Source: Eledone cirrhosa
Taxonomy: Eukaryota
Direction of reading: 5' to 3'
NCBI GenBank assembly: GCA_964016885.1
Contig: OZ024745.1
Coordinates: 20,026,001-20,090,000, forward strand
DNA length: 64,000 bases
Shown here piece after piece: positions 1 through 11,010 of the stretch. The position numbers and the translations under genes were made by a program. Each line of letters opens with the position of its first letter. The stretch's first letter is position 1. The notes beneath the pieces were generated by a model that saw only the letters and a program-made list of their open reading frames with translations, did no database searches and was not told where the DNA came from.

Positions 1-2137
1 TCAAAGATATGAAGACGGGTAAGGCGGCTGGTCCTTCGGAAATAGTTGCTGAGATGCTGAAGGCATCTGGTTCGGTGGGACACACCATGGTCACCCGGAT
101 AGTTAACCAAGTCGTACAGAATGGGGTTGTTCCGAAGGACTGGCGTAGCAGCATCATCGTTAACTGCTATAAGGGAAAAGGAGATGCCCTAGATAGGAGT
201 AACTATAGAGGCATTAAATTAATCGACCAGGTCATGAAGGTCACGGAAAAAGTAATAGCGCAACTAATCAGAGAGAGAATTGATCTAGATGAAATGCAGT
301 TCGGATTTGTGTCAGGCAAAAGTACCACAGACGCTCTTTTCATTGTACGACAACTACAGGAGAAGTACCTAGCTAAAAGTAAACCCCTATACTTAGCTTT
401 CGTCGACTTGGAGAAAGCCTTCGACAGAGTCCCCCGTTCCATTATCTGGTGGTCTCTTAGAAAACTAGGTGTTGACGAATGGCTTGTGAGAGCTATACAA
501 GCCATGTATAAAGAAACAGTCAGTAAGGTTAGAATTAACAACGAATATAGTGAAGAGTTTAGCGTAAAAGTTGGTGTCCATCAGGGCTCTGTTCTTAGCC
601 CCCTACTATTTATTATTGCCCTTCAGGCTATAACAGAGGAGTTCAAGACCGGCTGCCCATGGGAACTCCTATACGCAGATGATCTAACGCTCATAGCTGA
701 ATCAATGACCGAACTAGAGAAGAAATTCCAAACATGGAAGCACGGCCTAGAATCAAAAGGCCTTAAAATTAACCTGGCTAAGACAAAAGTTCTAGTTTGT
801 AGGAAAGAAAATATGGCGGCAGTCCCATCTGGGAAATGGCCATGCTCAGTGTGTAGGAAAGGCGTAGGTAGAAACTCCATTTTATGTCCCAAATGCAAAG
901 TATGGGTGCATAAAAGATGTAGTGGGATCACAGGTAAGCTAACTAAGAACATAGATTTTACATGTGGCCGGTGCTCTGGTGCAATAAGTAGCAGCAAGTG
1001 CCCACAAAATACTAGCTCCTTCAACTGCGCAGAGGGTTCTATAGAAATAGTGGACAGCTTCCGTTACCTGGGTGACAAAATCAGCAGTGGGGGAGGGTGC
1101 TCTGAAAGTACAGTAGCTAGAGTCAGAACTGGATGGAAAAAGTTCAGAGAGCTTATACCACTATTAGCCGCTAGAGGGTTCTCCCTAAAAATGAAAGGCA
1201 GGTTATACGATGCCTGCATACGAACAGCAATGCTGCATGGCAGTGAGACCTGGGCATTGTGTGCAGAGGATATACGCAGACTAGAGAGGAACGAAGCTTG
1301 CATGCTCCGCTGGATGTGCAATAGTAATATACGTGAACGGCAAAGCATAAACGAACTAAGGAAAAAATTAGAAATAAGAGGGATCAGATGTTGTTTACTC
1401 GAGAGAAGGCTACGTTGGTACGGTCACGTGATGCGCATGAAAGACGACAGCTGTATAACAAAGTGCAGGGCAATAAAGATAGACGGTAGCCACGGAGTAG
1501 GCAGACCCAGAAAAACATGGGACGAGCTGATAAATTCCGACCTCACACGCTTACACCTCTCCAAGACAATGTCACTGGACCGAGACCTTTGGCGGTACTC
1601 AGTAATAGAGAAGACCCGCCTTACCTAAATACAAAGTAAAAACCTACTACAGTCAGTAGGCATCTCTATCAAAACACCCCCCCGTCCCACCACCTCCACC
1701 CCATCCACACCGCCCCTTTCAATGTACAGTTATGTTGGTCCCACAACATCCATGCCGAAACAAATGAGATCGTGTAGGTGTCACGACAAAAATCACACAG
1801 TCCACGCTGTAAATGTGGCCGTGTAGGCAACACGGTAAAAACCTCCCAGCCCCACACTGTAAATGTGGTTGGTGTTAGGAAGGGCATCCAGCTGTAGAAA
1901 ACCCGCCAGACAGTCCACGCTGTAATGTGGCCGTGTAGGCAACATGGTAAAAACCTCCCAGCCCCACACTGCAAATGTGGTTGGTGTTAGGAAGGGCATC
2001 CAACTGTAGAAAACCCGCCAGACAGTCCTATGCGAGCAAGACAACCACTCTTGCCTCAAGTGGGAAAACCCCCGTCCAAACCCATGCAAGCGTGGAACAC
2101 GGACGCTAAACCTGATGATGATGATGATGATGATGAT
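1..2137 (+). mobile_element. RTE LINE 3' portion: ORF, 3' UTR with an internal ~115-bp tandem duplication, and (GAT)n tail
   Basis: RT ORF followed by a UTR whose end (ccatgcaagcgtggaacacggacg..(tga)n) recurs many times in the window. Confidence 0.9.
3..1628 (+). CDS. RTE-clade LINE ORF, C-terminal part (reverse transcriptase with an embedded PHD-like Cys/His finger); 5' end lies outside the window
   Basis: Stop-free frame from the window edge to TAA at 1628. RT motifs present: FVDLEKAFD, GVHQGSVLSP, YADD (672-683), FRYLGD, and the RTE-type C-terminus RRLRWYGHV..GRPRKTW. Confidence 0.93.
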   Translation, partial: KDMKTGKAAGPSEIVAEMLKASGSVGHTMVTRIVNQVVQNGVVPKDWRSSIIVNCYKGKGDALDRSNYRGIKLIDQVMKVTEKVIAQLIRERIDLDEMQFGFVSGKSTTDALFIVRQLQEKYLAKSKPLYLAFVDLEKAFDRVPRSIIWWSLRKLGVDEWLVRAIQAMYKETVSKVRINNEYSEEFSVKVGVHQGSVLSPLLFIIALQAITEEFKTGCPWELLYADDLTLIAESMTELEKKFQTWKHGLESKGLKINLAKTKVLVCRKENMAAVPSGKWPCSVCRKGVGRNSILCPKCKVWVHKRCSGITGKLTKNIDFTCGRCSGAISSSKCPQNTSSFNCAEGSIEIVDSFRYLGDKISSGGGCSESTVARVRTGWKKFRELIPLLAARGFSLKMKGRLYDACIRTAMLHGSETWALCAEDIRRLERNEACMLRWMCNSNIRERQSINELRKKLEIRGIRCCLLERRLRWYGHVMRMKDDSCITKCRAIKIDGSHGVGRPRKTWDELINSDLTRLHLSKTMSLDRDLWRYSVIEKTRLT

Positions 2138-2691
2138 TTCTTATTTACCTCTCGTCTACTTTTTTAGCTACTTGATATTGCTCTCTGCTGCTGCCACTTT
2201 TCCTGTCTTTCCATTTCTGTCTCTTAGCTCTGTCTCTTAATGGTTCCATTTAGAGCACTACTTTACCACAAAGTCACCTTTTGTCTGTCTAGTATTTTGG
2301 TACCTAGCTACAGATCTTGTAAGTAGCTTGTAACATGTTGTCACGTAGAAACTTGCAGTTGTTTTCTATGCCATTTAAATAACCCCCCTCCCCCCATGTC
2401 ATTGGTCAGTAATCTACTAACTTCATGATTATTATGGAATTTAAAATTGTTTAAATACTGTATTATTTATGGAATACCTGTGTTGTGTGTGTATGTGGTT
2501 TAAAGTAAACTTTAAGGTGCAGCAGGCATAGCTGTGTAATTAAGAAGTTTGCCTTGCAGTCACATGTTTTGCATGACACCTACTATAGCTTTGTGAGTAA
2601 ATTTTGGTGAATGGAGGCCCTGCCCCCTCTCTCACACACATGCACACACACATACACGTGTGCACACACACATAACTAATATTAATACATA

Positions 2692-2889
2692 TGAGGGTCG
2701 GCTGAAAAGTTCATAGTCTGACCAAGATACTTTCATGAAATGATCAAATGAGGTTTATTTTTCAACATAGTCCCTGGAAAGAAACAATGCAGTTATCAAT
2801 AAGAAGAGTTGAAATTAATGCATGCAAGATTTCACAGCCCTAGCATCACTCCTTCATAGTCAGCCTATGAACTTTTCTGCCTGCCCTCA
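2692..2889. mobile_element. ~200-bp Tc1/mariner-type MITE (family M1)
   Basis: TIRs TGAGGGTCGGCTGAAAAGTTCATAG / CTATGAACTTTTCTGCCTGCCCTCA, flanked by TA on both sides; four more copies in the window. Confidence 0.85.
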
Positions 2890-3279
2890 TATGTATATGT
2901 GTGTCTGTGCTTATCTTTTTGCTTTTGCTCTTCACATCTGCCATAGCTCGCACAAGTGGTAATGTTTGTTTATCTCCTGCATAAACGAAAATCTCATGCC
3001 TTACCAGGCCATCTAGCAGTAGGATTCTGACTAAAAAATTCTCATTTAACCAAATGTTAGCATGGATTATTTTACATTTATGGCAAGTAAATATTGATAT
3101 TTGTAAGCAAGAACTAAAAAACAAAAAGCAAAACTATAAAATATTTCAATAAACAAAGTAGATGAAATATTTAAGCAGCTCCCACCTCAAGTTCTCGTTT
3201 ATGTGCGAGAAGGACTTGTCTAACCCATGCAAGCGTGGAAAGATGGACGTAACAACGATGGTGATACATCACTAGTTTA

Positions 3280-4020
3280 TGGAGATACTCTAATTGTTGT
3301 TTATATTTTATAACCAATCTGTCCATATAATCAACAGCAAGAAGTGTTTTTAGGCCATGTGGGTCTCATAACAATCTTCTCCATTTACCCCTATTGTCTG
3401 CACTCCACCTCCTCCTTTAGCCATATCTTACTTGGTCTTTCCCCTTCCTCTACTTCCTTCCACATTAATTTCCATCACTCTTCTCATCCAATCACATCCG
3501 TCCTTCCTCAACACATGACCCAACCATCTCATTCTATTTTCTCTTCACAACATTCATCACTGGCTCTATTCCTATCATCCTCTGAAATTCATTGTTTATC
3601 TTCTCTCTCAATACTTTATTCATCCACCAGACCATTCTCATTTCCATTCTTCTCTCCTATTCCATGTTTATTATCCATGTTTTCCTGCCATAAAACATGA
3701 CATTTCTCACACATACACCATTCCCTTCAATTCCAGCAACATTCCCCTTTCCTCATTAATACACAACTCAGTTCCATTCACATCTCACTTTAGATATTGT
3801 TGCACAGTCTGATCTACCTTCTCCATCCAACGTGTCTCCATGGTAACAAAATGTTCTCACCCCTTCCATCTTTACATCATTCCCAAGATCCAGCTCAGCA
3901 ACCTTTCCATATATATTACCTCGCTCCCCCATAAATGTAGCTGCCACATTATTAAGTAATCCCTTCACATCACCATAGTTTCAATGCACCAATCATAACA
4001 TTTAATGGAGTCCCTCTAAC
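3280..4020 (-). mobile_element. Degenerate RTE LINE fragment
   Basis: Minus-strand peptide EGVRTFCYHGDTLDGEGRSDCATISKVRCEWN parallels EIVDSFRYLGDKISSGGGCSESTVARVRTGWK of the ORF at 3-1628. Boundaries approximate. Confidence 0.65.
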
Positions 4021-4247
4021 ACCTATGATGTGCATTATACCTGTTCTTGCCATCTCATCTAATATTTTATCATTTGAAATCACTCTCTGTCCATATAATC
4101 AATCCAGGTAAAACAATTTGCTGATAATTAAAAAAAAAATTATTTCATAACTATTTAAAATTTTTTTTTACAGAAACTCAATATAGAACCATTAGTAATT
4201 TGTCTTTTCAAGTGATATAATGTTCTTGTTATTTTTAATTTTTATAT

Positions 4248-4473
4248 GATCAACAAGGTCACATCATATTCGCTTACTGAGTGGGGTGGAACTCATCAAA
4301 TCAGACCAATGGAAACAATGTCTCCATTGGTCTTTCCATTGCTGATAGTTGCAACTCCTGGCAGAAAGAGTAATGTGAAATAAAGTGTCTTGCTCAAGGA
4401 CATAATGCATTGTTGGGTCCAAGACCTCACGATTGTGAATTCAATTCTCTAACCACTAGACCACACACCTTCA
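4248..4473 (-). mobile_element. tRNA-derived SINE (CORE/Meta-like middle, distinct tail)
   Basis: The reverse complement has the head ggtgtgtggtctagtggttagag and ccttgagcaagacacttt; the tail is shared with 31820-32040. Confidence 0.7.
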
Positions 4474-4754
4474 CTTTTCCTATAAACATGTTATAACTGA
4501 ACATTTTGAAGGAAAAGGATCATTTCATATTATCACACAGTAAACTACATACAATTTATTTTATTTTAATGTGTGTAGTCAGATGAGGAAGGAAGGGCAG
4601 GACCTCTGAGATTGGGAGAGAGAGGAATTATTCTCAGATTGGTGCCCTGAGTCAAATACTTGTAACAGAGTAGACTCTGCTGAAGACATTCATGGGCCAG
4701 GTAGTGGCATTAAACCAGGATATAGATTAAGTTTTTTGCTTCCGCTTTTTCTTT

Positions 4755-5100
4755 ACACTGGTCTCTGTCAAGACCTCTGGTGTCCTTGGTCCCCACACTA
4801 CTGATTTTGTCTGTAAAGTCAGAAAGACAGTGGCCCTCTTGAGGATGGAGCCCCGTGAGGTGGGGTGGCTGTTGCAGCGGGTGTCTCTGGCCATTCTCCA
4901 CAGTAACACTTTTGCAGTTTTGTTCATGGGGTGCGGCTGAGGTACCTCTCAGACTAGAGTGTAGTGACTGTCCTTCCCCTGCTCCCTTTCTTTTGTCACT
5001 TAATCCTTCTTTCTTTTTCTCCTGTTCATTTTCTTTTTTTTCTTCCTTTTCTGTTCTCTTTAATAGTGTTTTGTTTTTATTAGATACTGTTCAATTATTT
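4755..5100 (+). mobile_element. 3' end of a CRE-like (restriction-like endonuclease) non-LTR retrotransposon
   Basis: + strand translates to VSVKTSGVLGPHTTDFVCKVRKTVALLRMEPREVGWLLQRVSLAILHSNTFAVLF*, resembling the CRE-clade C-terminal pattern (ETxGxxG...QRxSxAIxRGN). The UTR is shared with two other copies. Confidence 0.6.
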
Positions 5101-5289
5101 TCCTATAATGTCAATGGCCTTTCACGACAGTGGGAGATTTTGTATATCTAATTAATTGTATTCCAGTGAAAATAGTAAAAATAACATCTATCATCATGGA
5201 AACAAATATATAGGGAACATTTTTATTCTTTGTGTAGTAGACTTAATTCATCACCCAGTTTAACTCCAGGTGGCAGATAAAGCCTACTT

Positions 5290-5817
5290 GACATTTGGAT
5301 TCCTGCAGGCTCATAATCCAATATACACCCCACATCCCTCCACCACCCTCCCACTTCGCCCACACCACCCTTACTCTGTAAAGTTATGTTGGTATCACAA
5401 AACACCCAACCGACACTGTAAAGTGGTCGTACAGGTGTCACAACAAAAAGCACCCAGTCTACACTGTAAATGGTTGTGTAGGTGTCACAACAAAAAGCAC
5501 CCAGTCTACACTGTAAATGGTTGTGTAGGTTCACAACAAAAAGCACCCAGTCTACACTGTAAATGGTTGCGTAGGTTCACAACAAAAAGCACCTAGCCCA
5601 CTCTGTAAACTGGTTGTGCATGTGTCACAACAAAAAGCACCCAGCACACAGTGTAAAGTGGTTGGCATTAGGAAGGGCACCCAGTCGTAGAAAACCAGCC
5701 AGAAACAGTCCTATATGAGCAAAACATGGTCACCTGATGCAACTTACCTCTAATGGGACAACCTGCCTAACCCATGCTAGCGTGGAAGATAGATGGTAAA
5801 CAATGCTGATGATGATT
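5290..5817 (+). mobile_element. RTE 3' UTR fragment with an internal ~47-bp tandem repeat
   Basis: Unit acaacaaaaagcacccagtctacactgtaaatggttgtgtaggtgtc, about 5 copies, then the RTE tail and (gat)n. Confidence 0.75.
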
Positions 5818-6170
5818 ATGCCAGCATACAGACCAGGTCTCCAGTCTGAGATTAACTTCATCCTTTCTTACCATGAGTCACAGAGGCCTTGAAAAGGGTC
5901 ATGGATACTCACCTTTCTCTATTGATGGAGTTTAAAAATATGATATCCTAACTCAAAATTTCTTGCGTTGTGTTAGAAACCATTATTATTATTATTGACT
6001 GGCCTTGTGCCTAAAGTAGAAACAATTATTATTATTATTGACTGTTTTTTCCATTAAAATGTAGTTGGTGTGTGGTGAACTTATTTATTTTAAACCTTAT
6101 GTGTGCTAGTAGAATGTTGTAGTTTTCTTGAAGAATTGTGTATAGTGTATAATATATAAAATGATATGTT

Positions 6171-6719
6171 TTAACCCTTTAATGTTCAAACCGGCCAAAA
6201 CCCTCTACCTTTTTCTGTTGAAACTGGCTGTAATTGGTTCTCAAAATAAATACTTTCAAAATCTCATAGATTCGATATTATGTGAGATAATTATGTGAGG
6301 TAAAGCCTTTACCATCAACATATAATAGTATATTATATATAGAGTAATATGAGGCACATGGCTTAGTGGTTAGAGCATTGGCCTTGCAATCGAAAGGTTG
6401 TGAGTTCAATTCTCAGACCGGGTGATGTGTTGTTTCCTTGAGCAAGACACTTTATTTCACATTGCTCCAGTTTACTCAGCTGTAGAAATGAGATGATAGG
6501 GACTGGGGTCCATATCATTCCACTGCAAAGTGGTCGTGGAGGTGCCACGGCAAAAAAGCACCCAGCACTCACTGTAAATGAGGTTGATGTTAGGAAGGGC
6601 ATCCAGCTGTAGAAACCAAACCAGAATCAGTTCCCGTCCCACCTTTGCAAGCAGGGAAAAGCGGACGTAAAATGAAATGATGATGAAATGATGATGAATG
6701 TGAATGCTAAAAGGGTTAA
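6171..6719. mobile_element. piggyBac-like MITE (TTAA-CCCTTT...AAAGGG-TTAA) interrupted by a SINE
   Basis: Ends ttaaccctttaatgttc and aatgctaaaagggttaa; uninterrupted relatives at 37510-37702, 49890-50042 and 54320-54518. Confidence 0.75.
6351..6696 (+). mobile_element. Full-length tRNA-derived SINE with an RTE-type 3' tail
   Basis: A box tggcttagtgg, B box gagttcaattc, middle ccttgagcaagacacttt..ctcagctgtagaaatgag, tail gttaggaagggcatccagctgtagaa..(atg)n. Confidence 0.85.
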
Positions 6720-6720
6720 G

Positions 6721-6862
6721 AAGGTTAAGACACTGCTAAATGGACTGTGAAGGTTAAGACACTGCTAAATGGACTGTGAAGGTTAAGACAATGCTAAATG
6801 GACTGTGAAGGTTAAGACAATGCTAAATGGACTGTGAAGGTTAAGACAATGCTAAATGGACT
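6721..6862. repeat. 29-bp tandem repeat, ~5 copies
   Basis: aaggttaagacactgctaaatggactgtg repeated. Confidence 0.9.
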
Positions 6863-6921
6863 ACAAGATTTAATTTAAATGAAAGCAACAAAGAGTTTGT
6901 GTTTTCTGATATTTATTATTA

Positions 6922-7150
6922 ATTGGCAGTATCGGTAGAGGGTTGGACACCATGCTTTCCAGCATAGTTACATCCCTTTACGATCTGAGTTCAAATCCCG
7001 CCGAGGTTGACTTTGCCTTTCATCCTTATGGGGTCGATAAAATAAAGTACCAGTAATGCAATTGCTGGCCTTGTGCCTAAAGTAGAAACAATTATTATTA
7101 TTGTCCTGTACCTGGCCTTGTACCAAAAGTAGAAACAATTATTATTGTCC
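6922..7150 (+). mobile_element. Nin/Deu-domain tRNA SINE with a duplicated tail
   Basis: tggcagtatcgg (A box), gagttcaaatccc (B box), gcctttcatccttatggggtcgataaaataaagtaccag (Nin/Deu-like domain), (att)n tail. Confidence 0.8.
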
Positions 7151-7203
7151 TGTACTGTCCTCGATGTCTACTTTGTGTAAACCCTTGTGGTTAATAAAGA
7201 AAG

Positions 7204-7239
<36 letters not shown>

Positions 7240-7687
7240 TACTATTATTTTTTCGTCCTAATATTTCAGGATTTAAAAATCCCTTCCCCAGAGGGTGGGG
7301 AACTCTCAGAGTAAAATGTTCCAGTCTTGTTGCTTTGATATTTGATTTATGTTGGAATTTAACTGTCCCACTATATTACATAAGCAGTTGGCATTTTTCT
7401 TCTACCTGGATTTCTCTGCCAGAAAATTCTATTACTTTATGCATTTTAGATGTGTCCTAGGTGTTTGAGAATAATAGCTGTTGTATAGAAATAGGCATTG
7501 ATTGTCCATACATGTCATTGCTTGTTTTCGGCCTCCAGCAATATTGTCACACCACTTTACTTTTAAAAAATAGCCAGTTCTTTAATGATATTTTAAAGAC
7601 TGGATAAATTATTTTCAAGTTGTGTTTTTAAGTTGTAAATGTACAGCATCTACCTGTCAGATAGTTTCTGTATGAAAATACAGATAT

Positions 7688-7950
7688 GAAGGTCCATGGC
7701 TTAGTGGTTAGGGTGCTGGGCATGAGTTTGATTTCATGTTGTTCCAGTCCACTCAGCTAGAAAAAAATTAGTTGCGGTGACACCGGGGCCAAGCTGTATC
7801 GGTCCTTGGCTTTCCTTTTGGCAGTATAAGTGATTGCTCAGTCTTTCACAAAAACACACTACTTATGTTCTAGAGAAGCAAATCTATGATCAATCAGTGA
7901 AGGGTACAAAACCCATGGCCACTCAGTACCGTAGGTGGCTCTTTCCTTAT
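7688..7950 (+). mobile_element. Degenerate tRNA-derived SINE
   Basis: Head catggcttagtggttagggtg; tail shared with 12850-13113 and 24110-24330. Confidence 0.6.
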
Positions 7951-9046
7951 GAGTGCAATCAGTGCTGATGATGGTGTTTATGTTTTTATATCTTCATTCT
8001 CAGTATTTTTTTTTCTCTTTTTACTGATTTTGGTTTCTTTTTTTTTTAAAAATGTATCTGAATGTGTTTCCGGAACAATAGAAGTTGTAATAATTTATCT
8101 TAATTTTAAAAACTATGTCTAGTTTGAACAAATAAAGTCCTGTAAATGTAAAATTGCTGATGATTTATGTGAAATATGTAAATAATGACGTCAGCAGGAG
8201 TGGATATTTACTAATGAAATCCCAATTGTTGTGAGGTGGTAAAGGAGGAAATAGACAATGGTGCATGGAATCATCAGTAAACAGAAATATATGTTTATTC
8301 CAACTTTGAAATGTCAGGTATTTTTTAAAAAATGTCAATATGATACATTATTCTTACTCTGTCAACATATAGCATTTCTCTCATGATGAGAGAGACCCGC
8401 CCCCCACACACACCACACACCACACACAATAGTTTATTGTTTAGGATATGAAGTAAAATCTATTATATTTCTCTAATCCAACATGACTTTTAAGGCCTAA
8501 AATTCCCCAAGCATAGAAATAGAACATTAATCTTTTTATAAAACCCAGAGGTTTGTTCTTAACTCTTGATGTCCTGTATCACATGAAACCACATTAGCAA
8601 CACTTTGAAACAAAACAACACTGAGACTATATCATATTAGAAATTGAAGTCTTTACTCTAGTTTACTGCAAATTTTCACAACAATATGTCCACTAGTAAA
8701 GGTATTAAAAACATTTAAATTAACAAACTTGTTTTTAGATTATTTTCTGCTAAATCATTAAGAGTTAAACTCTTATTGGTAAAACAATTTATCATAGCTT
8801 CATCTATTTTTTCCCTGCGAGCATGGATTGGAGAAGACTTTTGAGACAGTTTTTCTGCACACAGGTGCTCTTTCTGATGTGAACTCATACTTTATATTCA
8901 AGTCTGTTATATCCTGCGTATCTTCCTTAAACTGATTTGCTGTGGGATTTACTGTTTATGTGAGACATATAGACATCTCCATTTGCTTTAAATAGTGTCA
9001 GTATAAAGAGATATGCAAAGCTAACACACACAAGACTTCCACAAGC

Positions 9047-9091
<45 letters not shown>

Positions 9092-9209
9092 CGATATTAA
9101 ACAAATGGAAACTATATTTATAAAACCATATTTATTTCATTATACATATTTCAGGGATACCATATTAAAAATATGGCATGCCTTCTTCAGATAAAATACA
9201 ATATATAAG

Positions 9210-9257
<48 letters not shown>

Positions 9258-9309
9258 CTATCTATCTATCTATCTATGTATGTGTGTGTGTATATATATA
9301 TATACACAA

Positions 9310-9546
9310 AACCACACAGCCCACGCTGTAATGTGGTCGTGTAGGTAACACGGTAAAAAGCTCCCAGTCCACACTGTAAATGTGGTTGGTGTTAGGAAGG
9401 GCATCCAGCTGTAGAAAACCTGCCAGATAGTCCTATATGAGTGAGACATGGTCACCCGACCAATTTTGCCTCAAATGGGACAATTCCTGTCTAACACATG
9501 CTAGCGTGGAAGATAGACGTTAAATGATGATGATGATGATGATGAT
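9310..9546 (+). mobile_element. 5'-truncated RTE 3' UTR copy within a (TA)n tract
   Basis: Matches 1790-2137, ends in (gat)n, and is flanked by TA repeats. An inverted, older tail follows at ~9563-9670. Confidence 0.8.
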
Positions 9547-10512
9547 ATATATATATATATATATCATCATTGTTTAAAGCCCATTTTCTATGATAGCATG
9601 GGTCGGACACAGAACTGATTTTGGCTTGATTTTTACGGCTGCATGCACTTCATAACCCCAACCACATTTACACACACACACATATGCATGTGTGCTTAAA
9701 CAAGGGAGATTTCATACTAGAAATCCGATTTGCTGTAAATAGATAAATTTTGCTGCAACCATCAAACCACAACCTACCATCTAAAGAAAAGTCTAATCAT
9801 TTATGTTATTCTCAAGCTAGCTAAACTAATGCAAGTAAACTTACTGTCCTATTACTGTTGTTAGAGCAGCTCACACCTGTGTTAGTTTCACTGGCCTTTT
9901 AACAGGTTGGTGTTCTTCTTTATTATTAGTTGTCTACTGAAAAAGTAAGGCCGTTTGTTTTATTAGAGAAGATATTTGTAGTATGACACTTAAGACATAA
10001 CAGTGAAAATATTCATAGCTTAGATTTTAGACATGTGGTTTCAAATATCGTTTACCGTAGAAATACCAAATATCACTCTGATAATTTCTTTTGTTTTTGT
10101 CAACTCAGGGTAGAAATTCAATGTAAGTACTAAAATTCCAGGAGATTAGGATTCAAGTAGTGGTCTACAAAAGGTAATACAGTAAACCCCCCCCCCCCCC
10201 CCCCCAAAAAAAAAACAACTAAGGGTTAGGTTAGAGGGAATAGACTTAATTGAGAAAAATGGAAGATTGTAAGGACTAAGAGCAGAGGATGGAAAGAGAG
10301 GGGGGAGGGGGAGAGAAGAATATTTAGGTAATGGTTGAAGTTAATTTAAGAAGACAGTCAGTATGACAAAGGAGTGTTTGTTGATAAGTTTGTTTGCTGG
10401 TTTAATGAGTCAGTCTGTTGCCCTTCAAGAGAGAGTAGAGAAAACTGGTGTTAGCTGGGTTAAACACAGTGAATGAAGAAGTATGATGTAGTTTGAACAG
10501 GGACTGAATGAA

Positions 10513-11010
10513 GGGGGAGAGATGTGGTGTGAGGGGGGAGTCAGAGAGATGTGGTGTGAGGAGGGACAGAGATGTGGTGTGAGAGGGGGGAGAGCTAGTG
10601 AGATGTGGTGTGAAAGGAGAATCAGAGATGTGGTGTGAGGGGGGACAGAGATGTGTGAGGGGGGGAGATGTGGTGTGAGAGGGGAGAGTCAGAGATGTGT
10701 GAGGGGGGGGGGGTGTGGTGTGAGAGGGGGGGGGGGGAGATGTGGTGTGAGAGGGTGGGGGATGTGTGAAGGGGGGGGGGGGGAGTCAGAGATGTGTGAG
10801 GGGGGGATGTGGTGTGAGAGGGGAGTCAGAGATGTGTGAGGAGGGGGGAGATGTGGTGCTAGAGGGGAGGAGAGTCAGGGAGATGTGGTGTGAGAGGGGA
10901 GGAGAGTGTCAGAGATGTGGTGTGAGAGGAGAGAGCCAGAGAGATGTGGTGTGAGGGGGGAGAGAGATGTAGTGTGAGGGGGGAGAGTCAGAGATGTGGT
11001 GTGAGGGGGA
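10513..11010. repeat. G-rich degenerate minisatellite (gagatgtggtgtgag + G runs)
   Basis: Many variable-length units seen directly. Confidence 0.85.

Noticed and set aside
6351-6425. tRNA gene candidates at SINE heads
   Set aside because: A and B boxes are followed by SINE body and tail; no complete cloverleaf or terminator.
10220-10235. taagggttaggttagag as an interstitial telomeric repeat
   Set aside because: Only two or three imperfect units.
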